Shown here piece after piece: positions 7,817-15,277 of a DNA stretch of 15,357 nt. The stretch's first letter is position 1; every line of letters begins with the position of its first letter. The notes below the pieces were generated by a model. That model searched no databases, was not told the DNA's origin, and worked only from the letters and a program-made list of their open reading frames with translations. The DNA is taken from positions 1-15,357 of the forward strand of contig CAWENF010000012.1 in NCBI GenBank assembly GCA_963810275.1, read 5' to 3'. Position numbers and translations under genes: made by a program. The stretch comes from an uncultured archaeon (GTDB lineage Archaea; Thermoproteota; Bathyarchaeia; Bathyarchaeales; Bathycorpusculaceae).

Positions 7817-10236
7817 CCACACCGCAAAATAAACCTGAACCTCTCCGAGTGGGCGTCTTTGTATGCCATTGCGGGTTGAACATAGCAGGCACTGTAGACG
7901 TCCACGCCGTCGCGAAATACGCAAAAACCATCCCAGACGTCATTTTCGTCAAGGAGAACCGCTACACATGCGCCGACCCGGGGCAAGAAGAAATTCGCAA
8001 TGCCATTAAAGACCACAACCTTAACCGCGTCGTCATCGCTGCCTGCTCTCCGCGAATGCATGAGGCGACCTTCCGCCGAACCGTCTCCGAAGCAGGGCTT
8101 AACCCGTTTCTCTACGAGATGGCTAACATCCGCGAGTTCGCTTCTTGGTGTCACCAAAGCGACCCCGCCGCGGCTACGGAACGCGCTAAAGACACCTTGA
8201 AAATGGCGGTCGCCAAAGTCCGACTCGCCCAGCCTCTGCAAAGCATCAATGTACCAGTGACTAACAAAGCGCTGGTCGTAGGCGGAGGCATCGCAGGCAT
8301 AAACGCCGCTTTGGATCTGGCAGAGCAAGGCTTCAAAGTCTACATTGTCGAGAATAGCCAAAGCATCGGCGGACACATGGCTGCATTGGACAAAACCTTC
8401 CCAACCTTGGACTGTAGTATCTGTATTGAAGGACCAAAGATGGTGGATTGCGCACGTCACCCAAACATTACGATTTTCACAAACAGTGACTTGGTGAGCT
8501 GTGATGGATACATCGGCAACTTTAAGGTTAAAATTCGCAAAAACCCCCGCTATGTTATCACTGACAAGTGCACGGGCTGTGGAGAATGCAAAGATGCTTG
8601 CCCGATCGAGTATCCAAACGAGTGGGATATGAACTTAGGCACAAGAAAGGCCATCTCTGTACCGTTTGATCAGTCTGTGCCCCTAATTTACGGAATTAAC
8701 CGCGATTACTGTATTGAGTGCTTCAAGTGTGTTGATGTCTGTGGGGAGCGTGACGCCATTGACTTTGAACAGCAACCTCAGGAGGTAGAAATAGATGTGG
8801 GTGCCATCGTGGTCTCCACTGGCTTTGACATATACTTGCCATACGACATGCCCCTTATGGGCTACGGCAAATACCCCAACGTCTTAACCAGCATGGAGTT
8901 CGAGCGTCTTATCTTAGCGGCTGGCCCGACGGGAGGCAAAGTTATCCGTCAATCTGATGGCAAAAGACCCAAACGCATAGCCTTCATACAATGCGTAGGA
9001 AGCCGAGACAAACAGCACTACGCATACTGCTGCAACTTCGGCTGCATGTACACCCTAAAACACACAGTGCAACTTAAAGAGAAATACAAAGAAGAAGTGG
9101 AGGTCTACGTTTTCTACATTGACATCCGCAGTTCTGGCAAAGGCTACGAGGAGTTCTATGACCGAGCACGGGTGGATGGAGTGAACTTTATCCGAGGGCG
9201 GGTAAGCCGAATCGATGAAGACCCCGAAACTCATAACATCACGGTGCATAGCGAAGATAGTTTGCTTGGGCAGCCGATTGAGGTGGAAGCGGACATGGTT
9301 GTGCTCGCAACCGCAGCCATACCCAAAAAAGGCAGCGAAGAAATCGCCCGCATCCTTAATCTCAGTCGTGACGCCGATGGCTTCTTTATGGAGGCACACC
9401 CCAAACTCAAACCGCTCGATGCACCAACGGACGGCATCTTTTTCGCAGGCGCATGCGCAGGCTTAAAAGATATTCCTTACAGTGTATCACAGGGTTCAGG
9501 TGCAGCGGCAAGGGCTGCAACAATCATCAGCAAGGACACATGGAAAATCGAGCCAATAATCAGCGTCGTGGACGCGGAGAAATGCAAGAAATGTGGCATA
9601 TGCGTGGATAAGTGCCCTTATGGCGCCATAAAACTGGAGCCCGGAAAACCAGCAAGCATCATAACTGCCAGCTGTCATGGCTGCGGAACATGCGTTGCCG
9701 AATGCCCCCACGGAGCTATCACGCAGCGGCACTTCACGGACGCCCAAATTCACGCACAAATAAAAGCGGCGCTTGAAACTAACCCGGAAGACAAAATCCT
9801 TGCGATTTTGTGCAATTGGTGCAGCTATGCAGGCGCTGATCTTGCGGGTGTCAGCCGATGTGAATATCCAGCAAGCGTTAGAGCAATACGCGTTATGTGT
9901 AGCGGCAGAGTGGCAAAAGAATTCGTGCTTGAAGCCCTTCGCCTGGGCGCTGGAGCGGTGCTGGTTGGTGCATGCCATCTACCTTACGATTGCCACTACA
10001 TAAGCGGCAACTACAAAATGAAGGAACGCACAGACGCACTCAAAGCAACGCTAACTAAACTCGGCATGAGCCCAGAGCGCTTCCGAGTCGAATACGTCTC
10101 AGCCGCAGAAGGCATCCACTACGCAGAGGTTATCAAAGAAATGGACTCTAGCCGTAAAGCCCTTGGAAAAGAGAGAATTAAAGCGGAAACCAAGAAGCTT
10201 AAGCCGTATTTGGATAGGCTACTCAAAAACAGATAG
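7813..10236 (+). CDS. hdrA: Heterodisulfide reductase subunit A fused to a C-terminal MvhD [2Fe-2S] domain
   Basis: HdrA features: RVGVFVCHCGLNI, AACSPRMHE, NIREFASW, FAD-binding GGGIAG, LDKTFPTLDCSICI, an inserted ferredoxin domain, IQCVGSRD...YCC and a C-terminal 2x[4Fe-4S]. These are followed by the MvhD motifs LCNWCSYAGAD, IRVMCSGRV, GACHLPYDCHY and VSAAEG. Confidence 0.95.
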   Translation: MTTPQNKPEPLRVGVFVCHCGLNIAGTVDVHAVAKYAKTIPDVIFVKENRYTCADPGQEEIRNAIKDHNLNRVVIAACSPRMHEATFRRTVSEAGLNPFLYEMANIREFASWCHQSDPAAATERAKDTLKMAVAKVRLAQPLQSINVPVTNKALVVGGGIAGINAALDLAEQGFKVYIVENSQSIGGHMAALDKTFPTLDCSICIEGPKMVDCARHPNITIFTNSDLVSCDGYIGNFKVKIRKNPRYVITDKCTGCGECKDACPIEYPNEWDMNLGTRKAISVPFDQSVPLIYGINRDYCIECFKCVDVCGERDAIDFEQQPQEVEIDVGAIVVSTGFDIYLPYDMPLMGYGKYPNVLTSMEFERLILAAGPTGGKVIRQSDGKRPKRIAFIQCVGSRDKQHYAYCCNFGCMYTLKHTVQLKEKYKEEVEVYVFYIDIRSSGKGYEEFYDRARVDGVNFIRGRVSRIDEDPETHNITVHSEDSLLGQPIEVEADMVVLATAAIPKKGSEEIARILNLSRDADGFFMEAHPKLKPLDAPTDGIFFAGACAGLKDIPYSVSQGSGAAARAATIISKDTWKIEPIISVVDAEKCKKCGICVDKCPYGAIKLEPGKPASIITASCHGCGTCVAECPHGAITQRHFTDAQIHAQIKAALETNPEDKILAILCNWCSYAGADLAGVSRCEYPASVRAIRVMCSGRVAKEFVLEALRLGAGAVLVGACHLPYDCHYISGNYKMKERTDALKATLTKLGMSPERFRVEYVSAAEGIHYAEVIKEMDSSRKALGKERIKAETKKLKPYLDRLLKNR

Positions 10237-10237
10237 C

Positions 10238-10275
10238 TTTGCTTCTCTTTCGGACCTTTCATTTATTTATTTTTT
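10238..10275 (+). terminator. Pyrimidine/oligo-T terminator after hdrA-mvhD
   Basis: The sequence CTTTGCTTCTCTTT...ATTTATTTATTTTTT directly follows the stop codon. Confidence 0.55.
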
Positions 10276-10450
10276 GGAAGCAATGAGTCCACATACACCA
10301 AACTCGTTCATTTAATCAGATGATAACTCGCCTGTTTAGCCTTAACAGCTACAAGTTCACTCGGTAGCATCTAGCACTCGCCCACAAATCGGGAAGATTA
10401 TGTAATAGGGCTAACTGGCCACCTCTAAATACTAAAAACAGAATATGGGG

Positions 10451-11010
10451 TTAGCGGAGGGTGGCGTTGTTGGGGTAGCCCCTTTCGGGCGGCAGCACCA
10501 ACCCATTCATCTTGTAGGCTATTAGGATGTTACTGTTGTTAATGTAGTCCAGCGGAAGCTCAGTGGAATAACCGTCATATGCATAGAAAATGACACCTAC
10601 GGCAGAGGGATCAACGCCTGCATCCTTGAGCAGATCGCTAACCAAAAAGCTCTCCCAAAAAATTGTAACTGACCAACCCTCGACACAGTGAAGTACTGTC
10701 ACTTTCCGGTAATTTTGAAATTTCTCTAAAATATTAGCATAAGTGTATTCAATGATTCAATTCACCAATCCCGTTATCTGCAGACGATAATTGGATTCGT
10801 TGACATATTGGGGGCCTTTAATAGAATTTTCTCTGAAGTCAGCGATGGAAGATAGGTCTTGTCCATGGTAATCACGGATTTCTTCAGGATAAGCTATCCA
10901 AGCTGGTTTGTCTGATAATTGTAGGCGGCAATTCCGATGATCATTAGAAACATAATGATAACAGAAGCCGCAATAATCTGCACAGCAATCTTTCTTTTTT
11001 TATTCTCCAT
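10451..11010 (-). pseudogene. Decayed sulfite-oxidase-family (MsrP/YedY-like) molybdopterin-dependent oxidoreductase
   Basis: ATG at 11010 starts MENKKRK plus a TM helix, ending at a TAG at about 10894-10896 (frameshift). Another frame continues YPEEIRDYHGQDLSSIADFRENSIKGPQ...YRLQITGLVN, hits an in-frame TGA at 10757-10759, then reads LHCVEGWS (Mo-ligand Cys), DGYST and AYKMNGLVLPPERGYP before ending early. Confidence 0.85.
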
Positions 11011-11113
11011 TATCCTCAAAAAGGAACGAAAAAAGTAGGTTTTAAAGATGCTATTAAGAATAGAGCAGCTGCCTGAAAATATTGCAGCAGAAATACTCAG
11101 CGGTAAGTTAACA

Positions 11114-11533
11114 TTAAAGTCTAAGTCTAACCTTCTGTTGAACCGTAGCCAAATACGCGGGTAAACTCTCTATGCACTGAACATCATGTCCAACCAGACC
11201 ATACAACTCACGCCAAAACAAAACATTCACCTTAACTTTGGCACGCTCCAAATTCCGCTGCAAACGCTTAGTCCCCTCCCTGCCCCTCCGATCATAATCT
11301 AGAAGCAAAACAACCCCACCAACGCCAAGCGCCTCTATCTGCGATGCAGCTTCAAAGAAAGATTTGCCTCCTGTCTTAAGCGTTAAAACAGTTCCATTGA
11401 CGCCAAGTTCGGCGAGGGCTTGGGCATCTTTTTTGCCCTCTACTACTACAGGTTTGCCTTTGGCGGCTTCTTGCGCTATTTTGGCTATGAGTTCTTGGAT
11501 CTTCTCTAAGCGGTCTTTTAGATGCGTGGACAA
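11114..11533 (-). CDS. Stand-alone TOPRIM-domain protein (archaeal small TOPRIM / RNase M5-like)
   Basis: VVEGKKD and LLDYDRRG (DxD) TOPRIM motifs in 139 aa. TTG start 5 nt after the tyrS stop. Confidence 0.88.
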   Translation of the reverse strand: MSTHLKDRLEKIQELIAKIAQEAAKGKPVVVEGKKDAQALAELGVNGTVLTLKTGGKSFFEAASQIEALGVGGVVLLLDYDRRGREGTKRLQRNLERAKVKVNVLFWRELYGLVGHDVQCIESLPAYLATVQQKVRLRL

Positions 11534-11538
11534 GGCGG

Positions 11539-12627
11539 TTACCTTGTGATTTTAGCCTGGCGAACTGTCTCAAGGCAGTCTTTGGCTTCCATATTGTTAG
11601 CAAAGTAGCGGCGCACTGGCTCAAGAATATCGGCAAGCTGGGCGGCAACGCCGTTTTTAAGATCCATAGGATGGAGTTTACCCTCAACATATGTTTCTTC
11701 AAGCTGCTGCTGACTTTCAAACGATAAGTTGCCGCCGAACTTAGCGGGTCGCTCAATATTAAAGACCGGTTTCTCTCTGAAAATGATGTAGCGACAAATG
11801 TCCATAATTGGGTTGTGCGTCACTGTTTTCTCTGGACAGAAGGCTTTGGACATTTTCATCTTTATCGCCTCAGGTGTGTCATATATGAAGATGCAAGTGT
11901 CAGGTTTACTTTTAGACATCTTGGCAGAAGCGATAGCTTCTCGTTCCTGTCCCTCGGGAATAGGCCAAATCGAGGGTTTCGCCAACCCCTGCAAAAGGTG
12001 ATGGTGGATACAAACAGGCTTCCAGTAGCCGATTTTTTGACCGATTTCGCGCCCAACCATATTGGCCTTGCGCTGGTCTAAGCCAAGCTGGCAGATCTTG
12101 ACGTTTAGCTGAAAGATGTCGGCGACCTGCATGGGTGTATAGAGGTAATCGGATACGTAGTGGGCTTCCCCTTCCTTGCGACCCGCTATTTCCAGCGTGC
12201 GGGTGGTGCGGGCAATGGTGAGTTCTTTAGCGATGCGCACGGTTTTAGCCCAGTAGTCGATGTCTTGGTAGACCTCGTCAGAGTAGATGAATTCGACTTT
12301 ATCGCCGGGCACCCCAAGCGCAAGCCAGCTATGCTTGAAGAGATCGGCGGCTTTTCTAATTAATTCGCGGTCGCCTCCGAGCTTGTTGTTTAGCCAGGCA
12401 TGCCAAGTTGCCAAAAATGCCTTGTAGCGGATGCCTGCTTCGGCAAAGTCCTTCATCTTGTAAGCGCAGATAACACCAGTTCCAAGATGCGCCAATCCTG
12501 AGGGTTCCCAGCCATTGTAGGCAATTGGATGCTTTTCAGATTCAAGTAGAGCGCGTAGATCATCTTTTGTAACGACTTCTTCGGTTGGTGGTCTGCAAAT
12601 AAGCTCAATTTTACGTTCAATATCCAA
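11539..12627 (-). CDS. tyrS: Tyrosyl-tRNA synthetase (archaeal type)
   Basis: Motifs AYNGWEPSG, HIGH-like HLGT, YTPMQVADIF, GLDQRKAN, KMSKS, AFCP and LHPMDLK. Confidence 0.96.
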   Translation of the reverse strand: MDIERKIELICRPPTEEVVTKDDLRALLESEKHPIAYNGWEPSGLAHLGTGVICAYKMKDFAEAGIRYKAFLATWHAWLNNKLGGDRELIRKAADLFKHSWLALGVPGDKVEFIYSDEVYQDIDYWAKTVRIAKELTIARTTRTLEIAGRKEGEAHYVSDYLYTPMQVADIFQLNVKICQLGLDQRKANMVGREIGQKIGYWKPVCIHHHLLQGLAKPSIWPIPEGQEREAIASAKMSKSKPDTCIFIYDTPEAIKMKMSKAFCPEKTVTHNPIMDICRYIIFREKPVFNIERPAKFGGNLSFESQQQLEETYVEGKLHPMDLKNGVAAQLADILEPVRRYFANNMEAKDCLETVRQAKITR

Positions 12628-12769
12628 GTTAGTTCCAGCTCTTTACAGTAGCCTAATGATTGTTGGGAATTTAAAAATTTACTCGGTAAAGAGATGCTAT
12701 CCTTCTTAATATTCAACAAATCTCGTTTAAAGGAATTTTTCCTAAAATTAAGTGTTTAGAGTTAACCAG

Positions 12770-13102
12770 CTATCTTGTTGAGTATCCGCTGGTCATTGAA
12801 CTGTACGGGTTTTGTTTCTCTCTGTTTTCAGCTATCTCCTTCATTTCTTCAACCGCTTGAACTATACCTCTATCTGCCAACAAACTACCTAAAACAATCG
12901 AACGAGATAACAATTCAACTTTCCCGTTACCAACATTATTTTTAATCTCTGAAAGAGTCATTTCGTTTGCAGTGGAATAAAGTTCTATTATGCAAGTTTT
13001 CGGGCGATCTTCAGGAATCCCCCGAGTGACTATAACATAATAATCAGTTTTTCCCCTTGAATAAATGCTTGCATCTGAGTCGAATTTTGACCAATTCAAC
13101 AT
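12770..13102 (-). CDS. Hypothetical protein (orphan, AT-rich)
   Basis: 110-aa ATG-initiated ORF with a plausible own promoter (TTTAAG at about 13139-13144) and an upstream AAGGT. No recognisable motif. Confidence 0.6.
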   Translation of the reverse strand: MLNWSKFDSDASIYSRGKTDYYVIVTRGIPEDRPKTCIIELYSTANEMTLSEIKNNVGNGKVELLSRSIVLGSLLADRGIVQAVEEMKEIAENREKQNPYSSMTSGYSTR

Positions 13103-13250
13103 TACAGGTGACCTTGTCTCTCTGTATTTAGATCAGGACTTAAAGATATATTTCTTTGCACGACTTTTGTTTACCTTTAAGTGAGTAGTTAAGTGCAAAA
13201 TTAAATCAAGATAATTAACAGTGATTGCTAAGGAAAGAAGCAACAGATAG

Positions 13251-13450
13251 CCGCAAATTTCGCGGGCAGTTTGTCTCCCGACGTAACCTAACACTTAACT
13301 TCACAGTAGGACTCTGTCCATCTAAGCTAAGTTCTCTCGGCGCGGGAATTTAGGCCCGGCCCACTGTGTCCCTTGTTTGGGTGAACCCGCCTTCACGGCG
13401 GCGCAAGCGTATTGGGTCTTGCAGCTCTGTTGGGTCCGTCGTCAAGGGTG
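13251..13450 (-). ncRNA. Candidate structured non-coding RNA of unknown family
   Basis: About 56% GC by hand count, against about 28% in 13141-13240. TATA-like TTTTAATA at 13471-13478 lies about 25 nt upstream. Several helices can be formed by hand, and their G-U pairs favour the minus strand. Ends in a 3' hairpin plus a pyrimidine tract. Confidence 0.6.
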
Positions 13451-13500
13451 GAATTACCAGTGGGGAAATGTATTAAAATTGATAACCAAATTAAGTGTTC

Positions 13501-14508
13501 CTATCCTGAAGTCGAAACAACATTCTGGGGCTGCCCCGCGCTGAACTGCTTGATGTTTTCGATCGTCATTTGGGTAAGACGTTCCAAGGATTCCTTGCTG
13601 TTAAACGCACAGTGCGGTGTAATAATGACATTGTTTAGGCGCAGCAATATGTGGGCCCGAAGCATCGTTGCCAACTGCTCCCGAGGCAAATTGTCTAGCA
13701 GCAACTGGGCCTCTTCGCGTATAAGCATCTCCTCCTCCAGCACATCCAAACCAGCGCCTCGAAGCCTGTTCTCAACCAGCGCCTCGGTAAGCGACTCCGA
13801 ATCCACCAATCCGCCCCGAGCAGTGTTGATGACAATTGCAGACGGTTTCATCAGGCGAATTGAGTCTTGATTTAGGAAATGGTGAGTTTCATCGTTAAGT
13901 GGCAAATGAAACGTAACCACATCAGATTCACGCAGAAGCCGTTTCCAATCCACATACTCAAACCCCAATTTTTCTGCTAAGTCGCTTTTGGGGAACTTGT
14001 CAAATGCCAGAATCTTCATGCTAAAGCCTTTGGCGATACCGATGACGTGAGCGCCTATGCGCCCCGTGCCCAGCACACCCAAGGTTTTGCCGTTTAAGTC
14101 AAAGCCCTGCACGCTTTCGCAGTTGAAGTCTCCGCGGCGGCTACGCTCGTAAGAGTCATGGATGCCCCGCGAGAGAGACAGGATAAGAGCAAAGGTGTGT
14201 TCTGCAACGGTGATTTCGCCGTAAATGGGCACGTTGCAGACGAGTATTCCTTTTTGTTTGGCAGCGGCGGTGTCGATGTGGTCAAAGCCGGTTGAGCGGG
14301 TGGATATGAGTTTGGTTTTGGACAGTTTACCGATGAGTTCGGCGGTTAGGTCTGAGTATATGAAAACCGAAACCACCTCGGCGTCTGCTGCCTTTGAAAT
14401 ATTGTCCTCGTCCAGTGGCTCATGATACATCTCCATGTCAAAGCCAGTTAAGCCGTCTTTGAGTAGTTGTTCCTCCCATGGTTGAACCTCAAAAAATACT
14501 ATCTTCAA
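13501..14508 (-). CDS. D-isomer-specific 2-hydroxyacid dehydrogenase (D-lactate dehydrogenase-like, NAD-dependent)
   Basis: Motifs STRSTGFDHID, VAEHTFALIL, NAD-binding GTGRIG, and catalytic INTARG / LDVLEEE / TPH. I place the start at TTG 14508 (MKIVFFEV), which is preceded by an SD-like GGTGA, instead of GTG 14538. Confidence 0.92.
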   Translation of the reverse strand: MKIVFFEVQPWEEQLLKDGLTGFDMEMYHEPLDEDNISKAADAEVVSVFIYSDLTAELIGKLSKTKLISTRSTGFDHIDTAAAKQKGILVCNVPIYGEITVAEHTFALILSLSRGIHDSYERSRRGDFNCESVQGFDLNGKTLGVLGTGRIGAHVIGIAKGFSMKILAFDKFPKSDLAEKLGFEYVDWKRLLRESDVVTFHLPLNDETHHFLNQDSIRLMKPSAIVINTARGGLVDSESLTEALVENRLRGAGLDVLEEEMLIREEAQLLLDNLPREQLATMLRAHILLRLNNVIITPHCAFNSKESLERLTQMTIENIKQFSAGQPQNVVSTSG

Positions 14509-14604
14509 AAAATCACCACAAACAACAAAGAATAGCACGCTGTTAAAGTTAAGTCATTTGGCAACTTAACAATAATCCAGAAGCGCTTTTGATGGTAAAA
14601 TAGA

Positions 14605-15175
14605 ATGGAGATTGGCAAGACAGTTTACTTTGCTGACCGCCAAAGCTGGTGCGCATGGCTAAAAGAAAACTTATAAACTAAAAGAAATCTGGCTGATCTA
14701 TCCCAAAGCGGGGACAGGCAAACCCTAGCATACTCTACAACGACGCCGTGGAAGAGACACTTTGTTTTGGGTGGATAGATAGTACAGCAAAACGCATTGA
14801 CTAGGTCAGCTATGCACAGCGGTTTTCGCCTCGAAACCCAAAAACGCCCTACTCGGAAGCTAACAAGCAGCGCTTAAGAAAACTCGCTGCAGAGGGCAAA
14901 GTAATCCCATTCGTCAAAACCGCCATCAAAGGCTGGTTGCACGAAGAATTCACAATGCCAGCTGACATCTTGGAAACAATAAAAGCCAATCCGGGAGCAT
15001 GGGAGCATGGAGCAACTTTCAAAGTTTCTCTGACTCTTACAAACGCATACGAATCGCCTACATAGAAGGAGCAAGAAACCGCCCCCAAGAGTTCCAGAAG
15101 CGCCTGCGTCACTTCGTTGCGATGACGGCGAAGAACAAGCAGTTTGGGTTTGGAGGATTATAAAAACACTATTAA
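14605..15175 (+). pseudogene. YdeI/OmdA (OmpD-associated) family pseudogene
   Basis: Reconstructed across frames: MEIGKTVYFADRQSWCAWLKEN / KEIWLIYPKAGTGKP / SILYNDAVEETLCFGWIDSTAKRID*VSYAQRFSPRNPKTPYSEANKQR...MPADILETIKANPGAW / SNFQSFSDSYKRIRIAYIEGARNRPQEFQKRL. CFGWID and RFSPR are family hallmarks. At least five lesions. Confidence 0.88.
14993..15008 (+). repeat. 8-bp tandem duplication GGGAGCAT that frameshifts the ydeI-like pseudogene
   Basis: The sequence reads GGGAGCAT GGGAGCAT GGAGCA. Removing one copy restores the frame ...PGAWSNFQSF. Confidence 0.85.
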
Positions 15176-15181
15176 GTTTGG

Positions 15182-15258
15182 TGGGGCCGGGGCCGAGATT
15201 TGAACTCGGGCGAAAGGCTCCACAGGCCTCTATGCTACCAAGCTACATCACCCCGGCC
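15182..15258 (-). tRNA. tRNA-His(GUG), intronless, with encoded G-1 and CCA
   Basis: Cloverleaf: acceptor GCCGGGG/CCCCGGC, D stem ATGT/GCAT, anticodon arm GAGGC-CTGTGGA-GCCTT, T arm CCGAG-TTCAAAT-CTCGG, discriminator C73, then CCA. G-1 is at 15258. Confidence 0.97.
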
Positions 15259-15277
15259 ACTTTTTCATGAAAAAGTG
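15258..15277. repeat. Perfect 20-bp palindrome abutting the tRNA-His 5' end
   Basis: CACTTTTTCATGAAAAAGTG equals its own reverse complement. Confidence 0.9.

Noticed and set aside
10757-10759. In-frame TGA as selenocysteine
   Set aside because: It is not at the Mo-ligand Cys position (LHCVEGW is intact), and the gene has other disabling lesions.
6477-11068. Identical 13-mer AAGAATAGAGCAG at 6477-6489 and 11056-11068
   Set aside because: A few 13-mer matches are expected by chance in 15 kb, and the similarity does not extend.
13347-13364. Gapped similarity to the tRNA-His 3' end (possible att site or tRNA primer-binding site)
   Set aside because: Orientation is inverted relative to the tRNA, so it is not an att direct repeat. 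The match needs two gaps in low-complexity G/C runs and is likely chance.
13251-13450. Candidate RNA as SRP RNA, RNase P RNA or 5S rRNA (fragments such as UGCAAGACCCAAUA, GCUUAGAUG and GAAGUUAAG resemble them)
   Set aside because: No SRP helix-8 GCCAGG-CCCGGAAGGG-AGCA motif, no RNase P GAGGAAAGUCC or ACAGAA...GCUUA P4 pair, and no 5S CCGAAC loop. The resemblances are short and out of context.
1504-14425. Long antisense or alternative-frame ORFs (e.g. 1504-2208, 4231-4737, 7663-8460, 9496-9978, 11376-11756, 13412-13870)
   Set aside because: They are shadow ORFs overlapping well-supported genes and contain no recognisable motifs.
14802-14804. In-frame TAG as pyrrolysine
   Set aside because: The same gene has three frameshifts and another premature stop, so simple decay explains it.
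14849-15112. Minus-strand ORFs of 87 and 66 aa
   Set aside because: They are antisense to the plus-strand ydeI-like pseudogene, which explains the region.
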